Of a stretch of 64,000 nucleotides of DNA, positions 1 to 11,300 are shown piece by piece; within the stretch, counting starts at the first letter, position 1; every line of letters starts with the position of its first letter. Location: positions 124,001 to 188,000 of the forward strand of contig JBHGNT010000017.1 of assembly GCA_043228905.1 (NCBI GenBank), given 5' to 3'. The notes under the pieces are model-generated. The model made no database searches and was not told the origin of the DNA. It worked only from the letters and a program-made list of their open reading frames with translations. The position numbers were made by a program, and so were the translations under genes. The DNA is from Azolla caroliniana (taxonomy: Eukaryota; Plantae; Polypodiophyta).

Positions 1-459
1 TATAATTATTCAACATCTTTGGATCAAGACCAAGAGTCTAAAATTAAGTGACATTTGCATATACTCACAACATACAAGGGCACAAGCATGAAGGTGAGCA
101 TAAGATATAGGCATCTTATATGATGTGAAGAGGATGCAAAAGTGAAGGGGCTCTAATAATCTCCATTATGGTCGGGCTGACGTCCCTTCAATTTAGTAAA
201 GGCATTTGATTTGTATAACCAATATGCATAAAAAAGTATTAGAAATGAATTGTGCTATGTCTACAAATTGAATTCCTATTATGGTATACCAAGGACGTCT
301 TCATAGTCCCAGTCTCTAGATATAACGAAAATATGTATATATTGAGATGCTCTATTGACTTATGGAGATCATACGCATGCTTAAAAGGAAAGAACAACTT
401 GACAAAGAGGGAGCAAAAATGTTTCGCTTATGTTATAAATTTTCTAGACTATTTTACAT

Positions 460-3400
460 TTAACTGCATTTGGGTAGATCATGTGGTGGAGATGGAAGTA
501 TCGCTTCCTTGTTCTGTCCATTTAAAACAATAAATGCCATGGACATTCCCCATGATTGGTGGATATCAAGATGACAATGAAGAAACCATACACCTACAAA
601 AAACAATTCAAAGAAAAATGATGTTCAGGAGCCGATATGCATATTAAACTCCCTCGCAATCACAAGAGTATGTTGACTTTGGATATCAAATGAACTATTT
701 GATTTCTCAAAATATTACCCACATGCGCAAGATAAATCAATTCTATACCTGGGTTTAACGTCCTAAAACGAATTGCTGCCCAACCGCCTGAAGGCACAAC
801 CACTGTGTTTCGTGAGATGGGATTTCGAAGATTGAAGTCGATGGGATCCTTGAAAGGGTTGAAATTTCCCAAGCCCATTCCCACCACCCAAAAATTTTGC
901 CCATGCAAATGCAAGGGATGTCCTTCTTGAAAAAGTGTCTTTGTGTTTTGGAACACCACTTGTACTGTACAATTGAATGGAAGGACTCGTACTCTTGTAC
1001 CAAATGATGTTTGTATGTTCCTTGGCATTTCTCCAGTGAAGTTATACTTCATCGGTGGGAAGTCAGGAAAGTCGGTTTCATATACTCCCTTCACGTTGTA
1101 ATAGTATGCCTTCAACGTAACACTTTTGTTAGCTATTCTCAGTTTAAGAGGTTCATGCAATATATCATATATTCTACTACCAGGGCCTTGGAGAAGATTG
1201 GTTTAGGGTTTAGGGTGTTTAGGGTTTAGCTAATGTGCTGACATATCTATATATATTGGCTCATATATAAGTCTAAGGCTATGTGTAAATAGCAAATCAA
1301 ATGCTCATTAGATTCATTTTATTATTATTATTATTATTATTATTAGCGATGAATCATCATCATCTTCCACATTCTGGCGGGATGGTTAGTAAAAGCTTGA
1401 CAACTCTTTTGTGGAAAGAAAGTAGTAAGAGAGTGTAAGGTGGAGAGGAGAGGATACGTACCTGGAGGAGGGAGATGAAGGAAGGGGGGGGTGTGAAGGA
1501 GTTGTTGTTAAGGAAGGTGGCCATTTTGGCACCGAGGGGTCCGAAGCAAGTGGTGTTGGAGGGGCAGGGGAGGATGCCATAGCCCAACGTGTACAGGAAG
1601 CTCTCCTCCACATCCTCTGGGACATCCATGTAATATGAGGTGCGCCACAGGATATATCGGCTGCGTACGAGCCCCTCGCGATAGAAGCGGTACACAAAGT
1701 CGCTGTCATTGTGGGCTGGGAACAGTGGCATGGGCAGCAACACATGATGTTGACGTGCCATGCCTTCACTTCCGTTATACCACTGCATCACTGGCCGCCT
1801 CTCCCAGCCTTCTCCACCATAATGGGACATATTATTCAACTGCATCAGAACATAAATTGGTGTCAGCCTATCCTCCTCCTCCCTCATCTTGGAAGCCTTC
1901 GCTTCTGCCACAGGGATGCTGATGATGTCAGTCATGTTGGTGACGTTAGCCACGGTTGGATTGCTGTGGTTGCTAATAAGTACGGAGTGATCAAGTGCGG
2001 CAGCATGGTTGAGGAGGAGGCCATGAGCGCGTGGCCTGCTATGAGGAGGAAGAAGAATGTAGGAGAGGATGGCAGTGGTGGGCGTTGATGGAAAATCCAC
2101 GTTTTCAGAGAAGGCGGAAGCGGCGATGAGGAAGTGGTGGGCGGAGGCGCAGTTGGAGTTTGCATGGAGGAGGATGCCGAGCGTCTGACCGGGGGCCAAC
2201 ACCACAACCTCTGACTCCAACGGCTCTGTGTACTCCGCATCGGCCTCTACCACGGTGAGGCTGTGATTTGCGATCGCAAAATACATCTGGATGTTCACTG
2301 CCGCATTGATCACTCTCAGCAAATACGTCTCCCCATACCTCACCTCATATACCACGCCTGTGTCTGCCAATAGTAAAAATCAATAGTAGTACACACACAC
2401 ACCGTTACTATACATATGTACATATATGCATATGCATGAATCGCTATGATTTGTATCGTCCACAAGTAAAGTTATGATCTCCCTCTCCCTCTCCCTCTCC
2501 CTAAATTGCTTAAAATTTAGGAGAATGTTGGAAGTCATTCCAGATATAAGAGTTTCCAAGACCAAATCAATTACCTCTTTCCGAACAATTATAAAAGAGT
2601 CCAGGCTGCCCATTAATTGTGAGTGCATCTGAAGGAATATGGTTTCCTCCGCTTGCAAGGGCTTCACGTACCACTTGTTCCACATCTGTATTCCACCACT
2701 CCCCTAGTACATATATGTATGTATGCGCGCATAAATACACATGTATACACGTACAATTATCCATCATCATTTACAAGTTAGCCATCATACATTAAAAAAT
2801 AATGACCCGTACAATAAAAATATGTGTGTATATATGCATATAGAGTGTTAGAAACTGAAAGACTAGAAAAAAGTACTAGGTATAAATTATAATGTCTTCA
2901 ATATGTAATCAATGATCAAGAATCTATTTTATATAAGAAATTATGTGAAATGAAATTAGATTGTTTTAGAGAACAATGTTCTAGCTTTTCTTGATACCAA
3001 TACTCACCAAGAATCAAAGGATCCAGTTCTTGGGGATGAATCTCGAATGGATATGGCGGATGTACATTAACTCTAGGGAGAATGATGAAAGCACCATAGA
3101 GGGTTGCCCTTTGCCAACTTTTGTGTCCATGCCATAATAATGTGCCTCTTTGATCAACAATGCTAAACCTATATACATATGTTTCATTAGGTTTAATTGG
3201 ACATTGTGTGATATATGCAACACCATCGGCCCAACAAGATAAGAGTTGGCGCACTCCATGCCTGAAATGCAACCATGATATAATGCTCATATAAGAAACA
3301 ATCTAAGCTTGCAAATAACCCAAAATACTATAATTTCATCATCTTAATACTAACATCACGTTATTTATGACCTAAACAACTAGATGTTCTCTCTAGATAC

Positions 3401-4771
3401 ACATTCATGATACTATGGATATACCGTCTTATACTAGATAACCACAGCATTTTCTTCAATCATTAAGTTAAAAATTAATATCACCAAAACCTACACATTA
3501 CATGGAAAGTATCACTTAAGCTCAATGTCTCACTAGGTAACAATAGAACATGAGATAATTTCATCGCATGAAATGCACAACACTTAAGAAACAATATATA
3601 CTACAAATTTAAATGTGAAAGCTTGAAAATGGGAAAAAAGCATTTTGTCTATATGCATAATATGAACTTGTTTCAAATTTGGAAGTTATAAACATGATAA
3701 GGTAATATAATGATAAAGCATGAAGGTTAAGGTTATGATTCCACTTTCAACCCATGGGTTTCAATGGTGTATAATAATAATGTGATCCTACAAATATGGC
3801 TTTAGAGATTACTACTTTCCACAACTAAAGGCCAACAACAAGATAATGTTTATAAAATGGTTTAACTACTAATCACAAAGCAATGTTATGTTTTGTTTGT
3901 CATTGTGGGATGATCCTTTGGCTTTGTAAATCATGTTAAACACTCACAAATTCCTCCAAGAGTTATGGCTCGAAGACAAACCATTGATTTCCACAAGACA
4001 ATGAAGATTGAAAATAAGATCATCACCCAAGAATTTGTTTAACAATATTATCATTATTTCCCTCAAATAAATGTTCCTAACCTCAATGTGTTTACACCCA
4101 CCATATAACCTTTAATTCACATGTTATTTCTTGTATATGCACGATACCTGGTAATTAAATCGTCACATTTAGGGTTATGGCAAAATGCCTTTGTATTGAT
4201 GCATTGAATTAAAAGTCATTAGTTTCTTTAATTTGCAAACCAAAGGTACAACATGACATCGTACTTTGCATGCAATGCTATGTTTTGAACGAATCTAATT
4301 ATGAAGGCAATGGTAAGACAGCTAAGTACCAATGTATGGTGATGTCGTCATCGACCATGTTAGTGACCGAGACAACAACTTTGTCACCCTCATACACATA
4401 TTGTGTTGGCCCCGGGAACTGTCCGTTGACTGTCATCATACGCTTTGATGTGCACAAACGAGCGATATTTGCATACTTTATCTAGGGGTAAGAATTAACC
4501 CATCATGACAATAACATAGTTTCACCATATTTTCAATGGTTCCCTCATCATTCATCCACCAATATCGAATAAATAAATATATCCATTTCCAATGGATGGA
4601 TCTTTCTATTACCTTCCAATCGAAGTAACTGACTCCTCCAGTTTCGATCGCATTTGCTGCTGAGCATGAATATGGTACGTCATAAAATGAGGCGTGTAGC
4701 AAAAGCACCATTAATGGTAGGAGTTCATGGATGAGCATACACAGTCCACAACGCGTTAACGTGCCCTCCAT
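460..4771 (-). CDS. LAC: Plant laccase (multicopper oxidase), 7 exons: 4771-4613, 4481-4330, 3261-3008, 2703-2575, 2363-1462, 1109-749, 593-460; 2091 nt, 696 aa
   Basis: All four Cu-binding motifs are present: TIHWHG (exon 2/3), LWHGH, HPLHLHG and WFLHCHLDIHQSWGM. Also present are VNGQFPGP, an N-terminal hydrophobic signal-like segment and a C-terminal PPHDLPKC. All junctions are GT-AG and keep frame; the 152- and 129-bp exons match plant laccase structure. Symbol is family-level only. Confidence 0.95.
1201..1229 (+). repeat. Interstitial telomere-type repeat (TTTAGGG)~4 in laccase intron 5
   Basis: gtttagggtttagggtgtttagggtttag read directly. Confidence 0.85.
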
Positions 4772-4835
4772 TTTGTACGATATGTATGATGACTATCCTC
4801 TACCCTGATGGATACCGATACTGACGCTATACCTT

Positions 4836-4837
<2 letters not shown>

Positions 4838-4879
<42 letters not shown>

Positions 4880-4938
4880 ACACACACACACACACAATCT
4901 CTCTCTCTCTCTCTCTCTCCACTGTATGTGTGTGTGTC
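4838..4938. repeat. Compound microsatellite (GA)n-(CA)n-(TC)n-(TG)n in the laccase upstream/5'UTR region
   Basis: Read directly, 65-170 bp upstream of the ATG; a TATA-like ATATATAAG lies on the minus strand at ~5018-5026. Confidence 0.9.
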
Positions 4939-5468
4939 CACTTATATTGATAAGTACAAGATTTCCTTTTCATGCGTTCACGAGTTCGATGGAGCCTGAT
5001 GGGCTTCATTTTTGTTCCTTATATATCATCAGTTTGTATATAGGAAGGAACAATAATATACAGCGCGCACGCATGGAGCATGGATGCCCCACATTTCTCT
5101 AAGGTTCCAGCACCACACCCCCGTTCCCCATATTAATATTGATTTCGCGTTTCAACGTGTTCGATGCAACTATGTCCTTTCAACAACTTTCTATGTGTCA
5201 CGCTTTCAGACAAGTTGATCAACATTAATGACCTAAGTTAATGTTTTCCTCTAATTATTATTTGTTAGGAGACATAAAGTAGTCAGGACTCAGGAGTGGC
5301 TTCATAGTATATATCATGGTCCAATCTTCTTCTAATCATACTCACTAGTACCTACACATAATTTATTAAAGTGATCATGCAGATCGGATGATTAATTATT
5401 TGGTCATATTTATGACTAAGGGACCGTGCACCTATAGCCCGTTATCATTTGCATATTATATTATAATT

Positions 5469-5726
5469 TATATATATATATATATATATATATAATATGC
5501 AGATAGATGATGATGATGATGATGATGATAAGCTTGTGGCCAGTCAATATAGCAAACAATATAGTCGTCATGATCAACCAACCACATGAAATTTATTTGC
5601 TCTACCATCTTAGTTAACATTAAATAAAATTTGATGAGATCATAACAAGATCATTTCTGACCGTCTTGCTAGTTAGGATATTGGGGACAAATAATCAATT
5701 CGAAACAACATGTATATATACATACA

Positions 5727-5759
<33 letters not shown>

Positions 5760-5785
5760 GTGTATGTGCGTGTATGTATGTATAT
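5469..5785. repeat. Microsatellites (TA)n, (GAT)n, (TACA)n
   Basis: Read directly at ~5469-5494, ~5507-5529 and ~5715-5756. Confidence 0.9.
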
Positions 5786-6989
5786 AAGTTGGTATTCAAA
5801 CATCTTGTTACTTCGTCTTTTTAATGGCGCACTAATTTAGCTTACATCCACTTTACGTGTGCTGATCACGCTATTTCGTTCCGTTTAAAAACATGTGGGA
5901 TTTATAAAGATAAGTGAACTGGTGGACATTCCCATTAACATATTTTGATATTCCAACGTTTCATTGAAGAACATAGAATGGTAAATTACATACTGTAGTT
6001 AGATTGAAATTGGTGATAATGAATATTAAAAGCTACTGGTATACACATATACATATTTGCATTGGTTTTTCTATAAGAACCAATAATAAGTTTGGTGATG
6101 AGCTTTCTCTGATTGTTAATGGCTGACGGACTGACTCCTAGAGATCGTACGTACTCACTCGATTACATTGTCAGCTCCTTTGCAATCATTTATTTATATG
6201 TATATATATGTAGAGGGAGAGAGAGAGAGAGTCGTGTGCTATATTAATTTGCCGAATTATTAACAGATGAATCCATCCAGCTGCTAAACAAAAATGAGCA
6301 CGAGTAACTTATAACCTACCACCTAATCATTAAAGTGTATATCTGAAGAAGAGGCGATCCATTTTGCGTAGCTGCAGGAGCTGGAGTGCACTATTTTATT
6401 AATCTGCCAAACGCCAACGGAAGAGTGGAGAAGCTCCAAATTCCCTAATATACACTAAAATCCACACCCTAACGTACTTTGGCAAGATATTCAGACAACA
6501 GACGTGGACATTATTATGTTTAACCTACATCTTGATCAAGACTTTGACGAAGATGGATCACTGGACAACCAAAAAAAGCAAGACTCCAGATGATGCACTG
6601 ATCGGAGGGCAAGAAGAAGAAACGGGAGGATGAAGAGTAGGGCATGGGCGAAGCTCGGGGTAGAACAGGTCGAAACAGAAAATAGAGAAGCAAATGCCAG
6701 CACATGCCTAGGACCAAAGGGATCATTTGAAGAAATATATTTACAGGAATTCTCTGTTGGCAGAGACAGGAGGCAGTAGAGCAAGGAGGAGGATTGGCTA
6801 GAACTGTGAGAACCCTTTTAACGTAGGAAAACAATATTAGCATTATCTACTTTTATAGAAAATAAAGTAACGAACTAAGAGAAGAAGTGCACGGTTCTAT
6901 TTCAAACTTCTAGGAAGGAAAATATATTTTATTCTGCAATCAAAGAAACTAATCCAACCAAACATTAGATACAAACAAATATTATACAT

Positions 6990-8323
6990 AGATAAACTTA
7001 AAGAAATTGGCCTCTCGAAAAGCAAGCAATCTTTAATATATAAAACTCAAAATGCTCAAATTGACGGGAAAAGAAGCACATGGATGGATAAACAATATGT
7101 TTAATCATGCATTGTAACATGGTATTAAACCGAATTGAACCGTGAAACCACAACTTAATGGTTTAAACGGTTCGGTTAAGGTTTAAGTTTTTTATAACGA
7201 TTCTCTTTGGTTTAGGGGGTCAACGGTAAGAAACCACATTTTAAATGGTTTAATGGTTTTTAAAAACAATTAAAAAAGTTTAAATTTGTTTTTTAAATAA
7301 TCTTTTTATTATTAAGCCTAATTCTCACATTTTAAGAGAATCTCTAAATTTTTGAAAAATTAAAATGAAAATTTTTAATTTTTAAGGTTTAGGGCTTGAA
7401 TTTTGACCTAAGTTGAAAACCACGAAACCACGGTTTTAACAGTTTAGGGTTTAGGGTTTAATGGTTTGGATTTTTTTAAACATTTTCGATTCAAATGGTT
7501 TCATGGTTCGGTTCGATTCGGTTCAAGTTTCAAAATTTTTAAACAGTTCGGTTTTGACACTTTCAAACCAAACCGAATTGTTGCCGATTGTTACATGGTA
7601 TGTCATATGATTGGACTACAATTGGATCAAACCTTTACATAAAGGTGGAGATGTAAATAACGTAAACAATTATCGAACCATCATGGTTGGCTCATTAATG
7701 GCAAAACTATTTGGATGTATAATGGAATCAAAGATAAGTGTCAGGGCTAAAAAAAATGGTAAGAGAGCTTATGGACAAGCTAGCTTTTGAAAACACTATA
7801 GCTTCGTTTATCACCTTGTCACCTTTCGAGCATTAATAGAGAAAAGTTGCCTTCGAGGTAAAGGTTTATATTGTCAGTTTCGTAGACTTCAAGAAAGCTT
7901 TTGATATGTACCTCGTGAGCATCTTTGGAGGCGAATGGAAGAACTCGAGATGCCAAGTAAATATATGCTTGCAATCTCTCGAATATATGAGAAGGTTATA
8001 GGTTCTATGCATATGAGCGATAAACTTTTATATTTTTTCAATAGCACTATTGGTGTTAAGTAAGGATGCATTGATGAATTGGAATAAATGGTTGCTAAGT
8101 TTGTAAAGAAAGGTGTTGAAGAAGTTGCAATTATGAATGTTGTCATTATGCTTTTGCTATATGCAGATGATATAATGCTTTATGAAAATACTTTAGGAGA
8201 TGCACAAAAGCTTATGAAGGCATTGGAAAAAAATTGTGTGCATACTAAATTAAATGTCAATAGCTCTAAAACAAAGATCATTCTTGTGAAGAGCCAAAAA
8301 AAGGACAAGCCATGCATTACGTA
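6990..8323 (+). mobile_element. Decayed non-LTR retrotransposon (LINE) RT, segments 1-2 (split by the MITE at 7126-7593)
   Basis: Translates, with stops and frameshifts, to WINNMFN..HG.YDWTT.WIKPLHKGGD..NYRTIMVGSLMAKLF..GQASF..KAFD..LLLYADDIML..LNVNSSKTK. Left boundary approximate. Confidence 0.85.
7126..7593 (-). mobile_element. Non-autonomous hAT-like DNA transposon/MITE, rich in AAACC(G)/GGTTT
   Basis: Flanked by direct repeat CATGGTAT (7118-7125 and 7594-7601). Removing it rejoins LINE coding sequence. A homologous copy lies at 42528-42980 in the opposite orientation. TIRs are imperfect and strand is arbitrary. Confidence 0.7.
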
Positions 8324-11300
8324 TGTTGAGCGACAAGCTCAATAATGAGTGCGTAATACGGTGTGTAACCCAGTGCGTAGACTGGGTGCGTAAAACAGTA
8401 CGCACTACATGGCCATAACGGTGCGAACACCACGAGGCCGTTAGAGAGATATTCCCCGAAAGGAATAATTTTGGGAGTAAGTGTAGCGGCTCATTTATGA
8501 CCGTCAAGTACTGTCAGTACTTGTGTCATCTCGATAGTCAGGGCTTGTATAAATGGTGCTCACTGAGCACGAAGTATGTACAAAGTGTCATTATTTTGAA
8601 ATAGAACTGAGTTTTCTGCTCTCTTTGTCTCTCCCTCTCCATCTCCATCTCTGTGTTTTTTGAGTTCTCCGAACTATGTACTCTGTGTTTCGTATACGCT
8701 TCCGCACACGTATTCTTCTACATGGTATCAGAGTGCAAGGGTTGAAGTCCTCTGCAGCCGACAAGAAAAGCTTGCAACAAAACATAGTTGAAGTTGTTGT
8801 TCGTTTTTGTTCGGAAAAGAAAAAGACAACAATATGGACAGAGGTATGGGAAGCTCGCTACCGACCTAGAGGCTCGACAGGAGCAACTATGCATCTAGTC
8901 GTAAAAGATGCACCAGTACCTACTTGGCCATGACTACTGGAGTTATGTTGAAGGAGCTAATGATGTAGCACCCGATTCGACACACAGAGATTTTTCGGCT
9001 TTGGAACAAGCGGCAAGCAGAGTTCTCTACTGCTTTGCATCCTGTGTGAGCGACTAGCTATTGAGCTATATTCGGGCTGCTAAGACGCCAAAGGACGTGT
9101 GGGCGAATCTCAAAAAGATTTTCGCCGCAAGCACAACGACCAAGAAGCTATAGCTCAGGCAGGAGCTCAGCAATGCCCAACAGAAGGATATGTCAGTGGC
9201 TGACTACACCACCAAGATCAAAGAAATCTACGACTCACTCGCCTCTGTAAACGGGAACGTTGAGGAGGACGAGATGGTGCAGGTTTGTCTTGGCGGGTTA
9301 GCGTCTAAGTTCGGAGCTTTCTGAACGGCGGTCTGTACGAGGGAGAATATGTCTTCGTTCTTCGAGCTTCAGTCAATGTTGCTCGTGGAGGAAAATCATG
9401 TGGGTGCGTCGACAAGTACGCACGCCAATGGCAAGATGTTGTACACAAAGGAAGATAGGCCCCGTGGTCATGGTGGACAAGGCAGATCGGCACGCAATGG
9501 AGGCAGCCGACAAGAGCAAAACAAGCGGCATAATCAAAATGCCGACAATAGTTCTGGACCCTCCATAAGCAGGGGGAGTCATGGCAGCGCCAGAAGCCGA
9601 CAAGAGAAGGTTGCGTCGGAATGTTGGTACTGTGGCAAGAAAGGCCACAGGGAGAGCGAGTGTTGGAAAAAGAAGGTTGATTCGGACAAAGCTGGATCAA
9701 GCGGAAGGGACGCGGAGAGGCGTTCGAAGTCGCACTATGTAGAAGGCTCCGAACGAGCCGGAAATGGAGTTGGCCCTGCCTTCGCAATGAAGCATAAGGC
9801 CAACTCAATGGCCGTGAACACCTCAAAATAGAGCGAGTTGTGGTATGTTGATTCTGGAGCATCAAATCATATGACAAGCCATGAGGAGTGGTTCTCATAC
9901 TTGGAGAAGCCGGAATCACCAGGGGTTATCGAAACGGGGGATGACACTTCGCATACCATCAAACATGTCAGCGAAGTTCCCCTCAGCCATGTTGGGCAGA
10001 AAGGGAAACTCATGAACGTGTTGCACGTCCTAACAATAAAGAAGATCGGTCAAATCGTCGACCAAGGAATGCAGGTTCGATTCACGCATCTCGGCTACTT
10101 CATCGAAGAGGAAGGCAAAGTAATTGCACAAGGGCGCCGTGAAGGGAGGATGTTTATCCTTGACACTAAACAAGCCGGCACCGCGCTGTACACGAAAGGA
10201 CAAAAGGTCGAATCGGATATCGACCTGTGGCACAAGTGGTTCGGCCATGAAAATTTCCCACGACTTCATGACATGCAGACGAATTACATGGTTTTTGGGT
10301 TGCCGAAATGGCCAAGTCTCCGAAGCCTGTTAGATGGGAAAACAACACCGACTTCCATTCCCCAATGAGCGTAATCGTAGTCGAAGTCCGTTCGATTTGA
10401 TCCATTCGGATGTGCGGGGTCTGGCACAAAACGTGAGTCTCGGTGGAAACCGTTACTTTGTAACCTTCATCGACGACTTCAATCGAAACACGTGGGTATG
10501 CACGATCACGAAGAAGAGCGAAGTCTTCGCATGTTTCTTGAAGGCGAAGAGTCTTGCCAAAAGGGAAATAGGGCGTAAGATCAAATGCCTACGGTCCGAT
10601 GGCGGGAAGGAGTACTTCTCCGACCAGTTCACAAGTTATCTACAAAAGGAGGGAATTCGATGCGAATTCTCATGTAGATAGACGCCGCAACAGAACAACG
10701 TGGACGAGCGGAAGAATCGGACAATCGAAGAAGCGGCTAGGGCAATGCTTGAAAAGAAGCATATGCCGAAATTTTATTGGGCCGAAGCCGTGAAGACGGC
10801 TGTCTACTTGCAGAATCGGTCTTCTGCTAATGGAGAAGTGTCGCCACATGAACTATATTTCGGAACGAGGCCGAATCTGGCACACTTGAGGATTTTCGGC
10901 AGCATTGCATATGTGCACGTGCCGAAGGAGAAGAGGAGGAAGCTGGATGCCAAAGCCGAAAAGTGCATCTTAGTCGGCTATCCAGACGAGAAGAAGGGCT
11001 ATAAATGTTATAACCCCCGAACAAAGGAAGTACATGTAAGACGAATCCGCTTCGTGGTACTTGCCTTCACCTCCAATACCTCATGACTCCATTCTGAATT
11101 CTAAGGAAGAAATCAGCGAGGCTGAGATGCCTCTTCATGATAAGGAAATCGGAGCTCTGAGAGAGAGTGCGATCTCATTTCGGCTAAATGGGCTAAATGA
11201 GGCGTTGGGATGAAATGGCCAACGTATTAAAGAGACGACGAGTAGTGGAGACTCAGTCATGATGTCCCCACGTAAAGAACTGAGGAGACGGTTTACACGC

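Noticed and set aside
2293-2313. miR397 target site at the laccase INAA motif
   Set aside because: GATCAATGCGGCAGTGAACAT has about 8 differences from the canonical target CATCAACGCTGCACTCAATGA
6520-6843. 107-aa minus-strand ORF as a small gene
   Set aside because: No recognisable motif or exon structure
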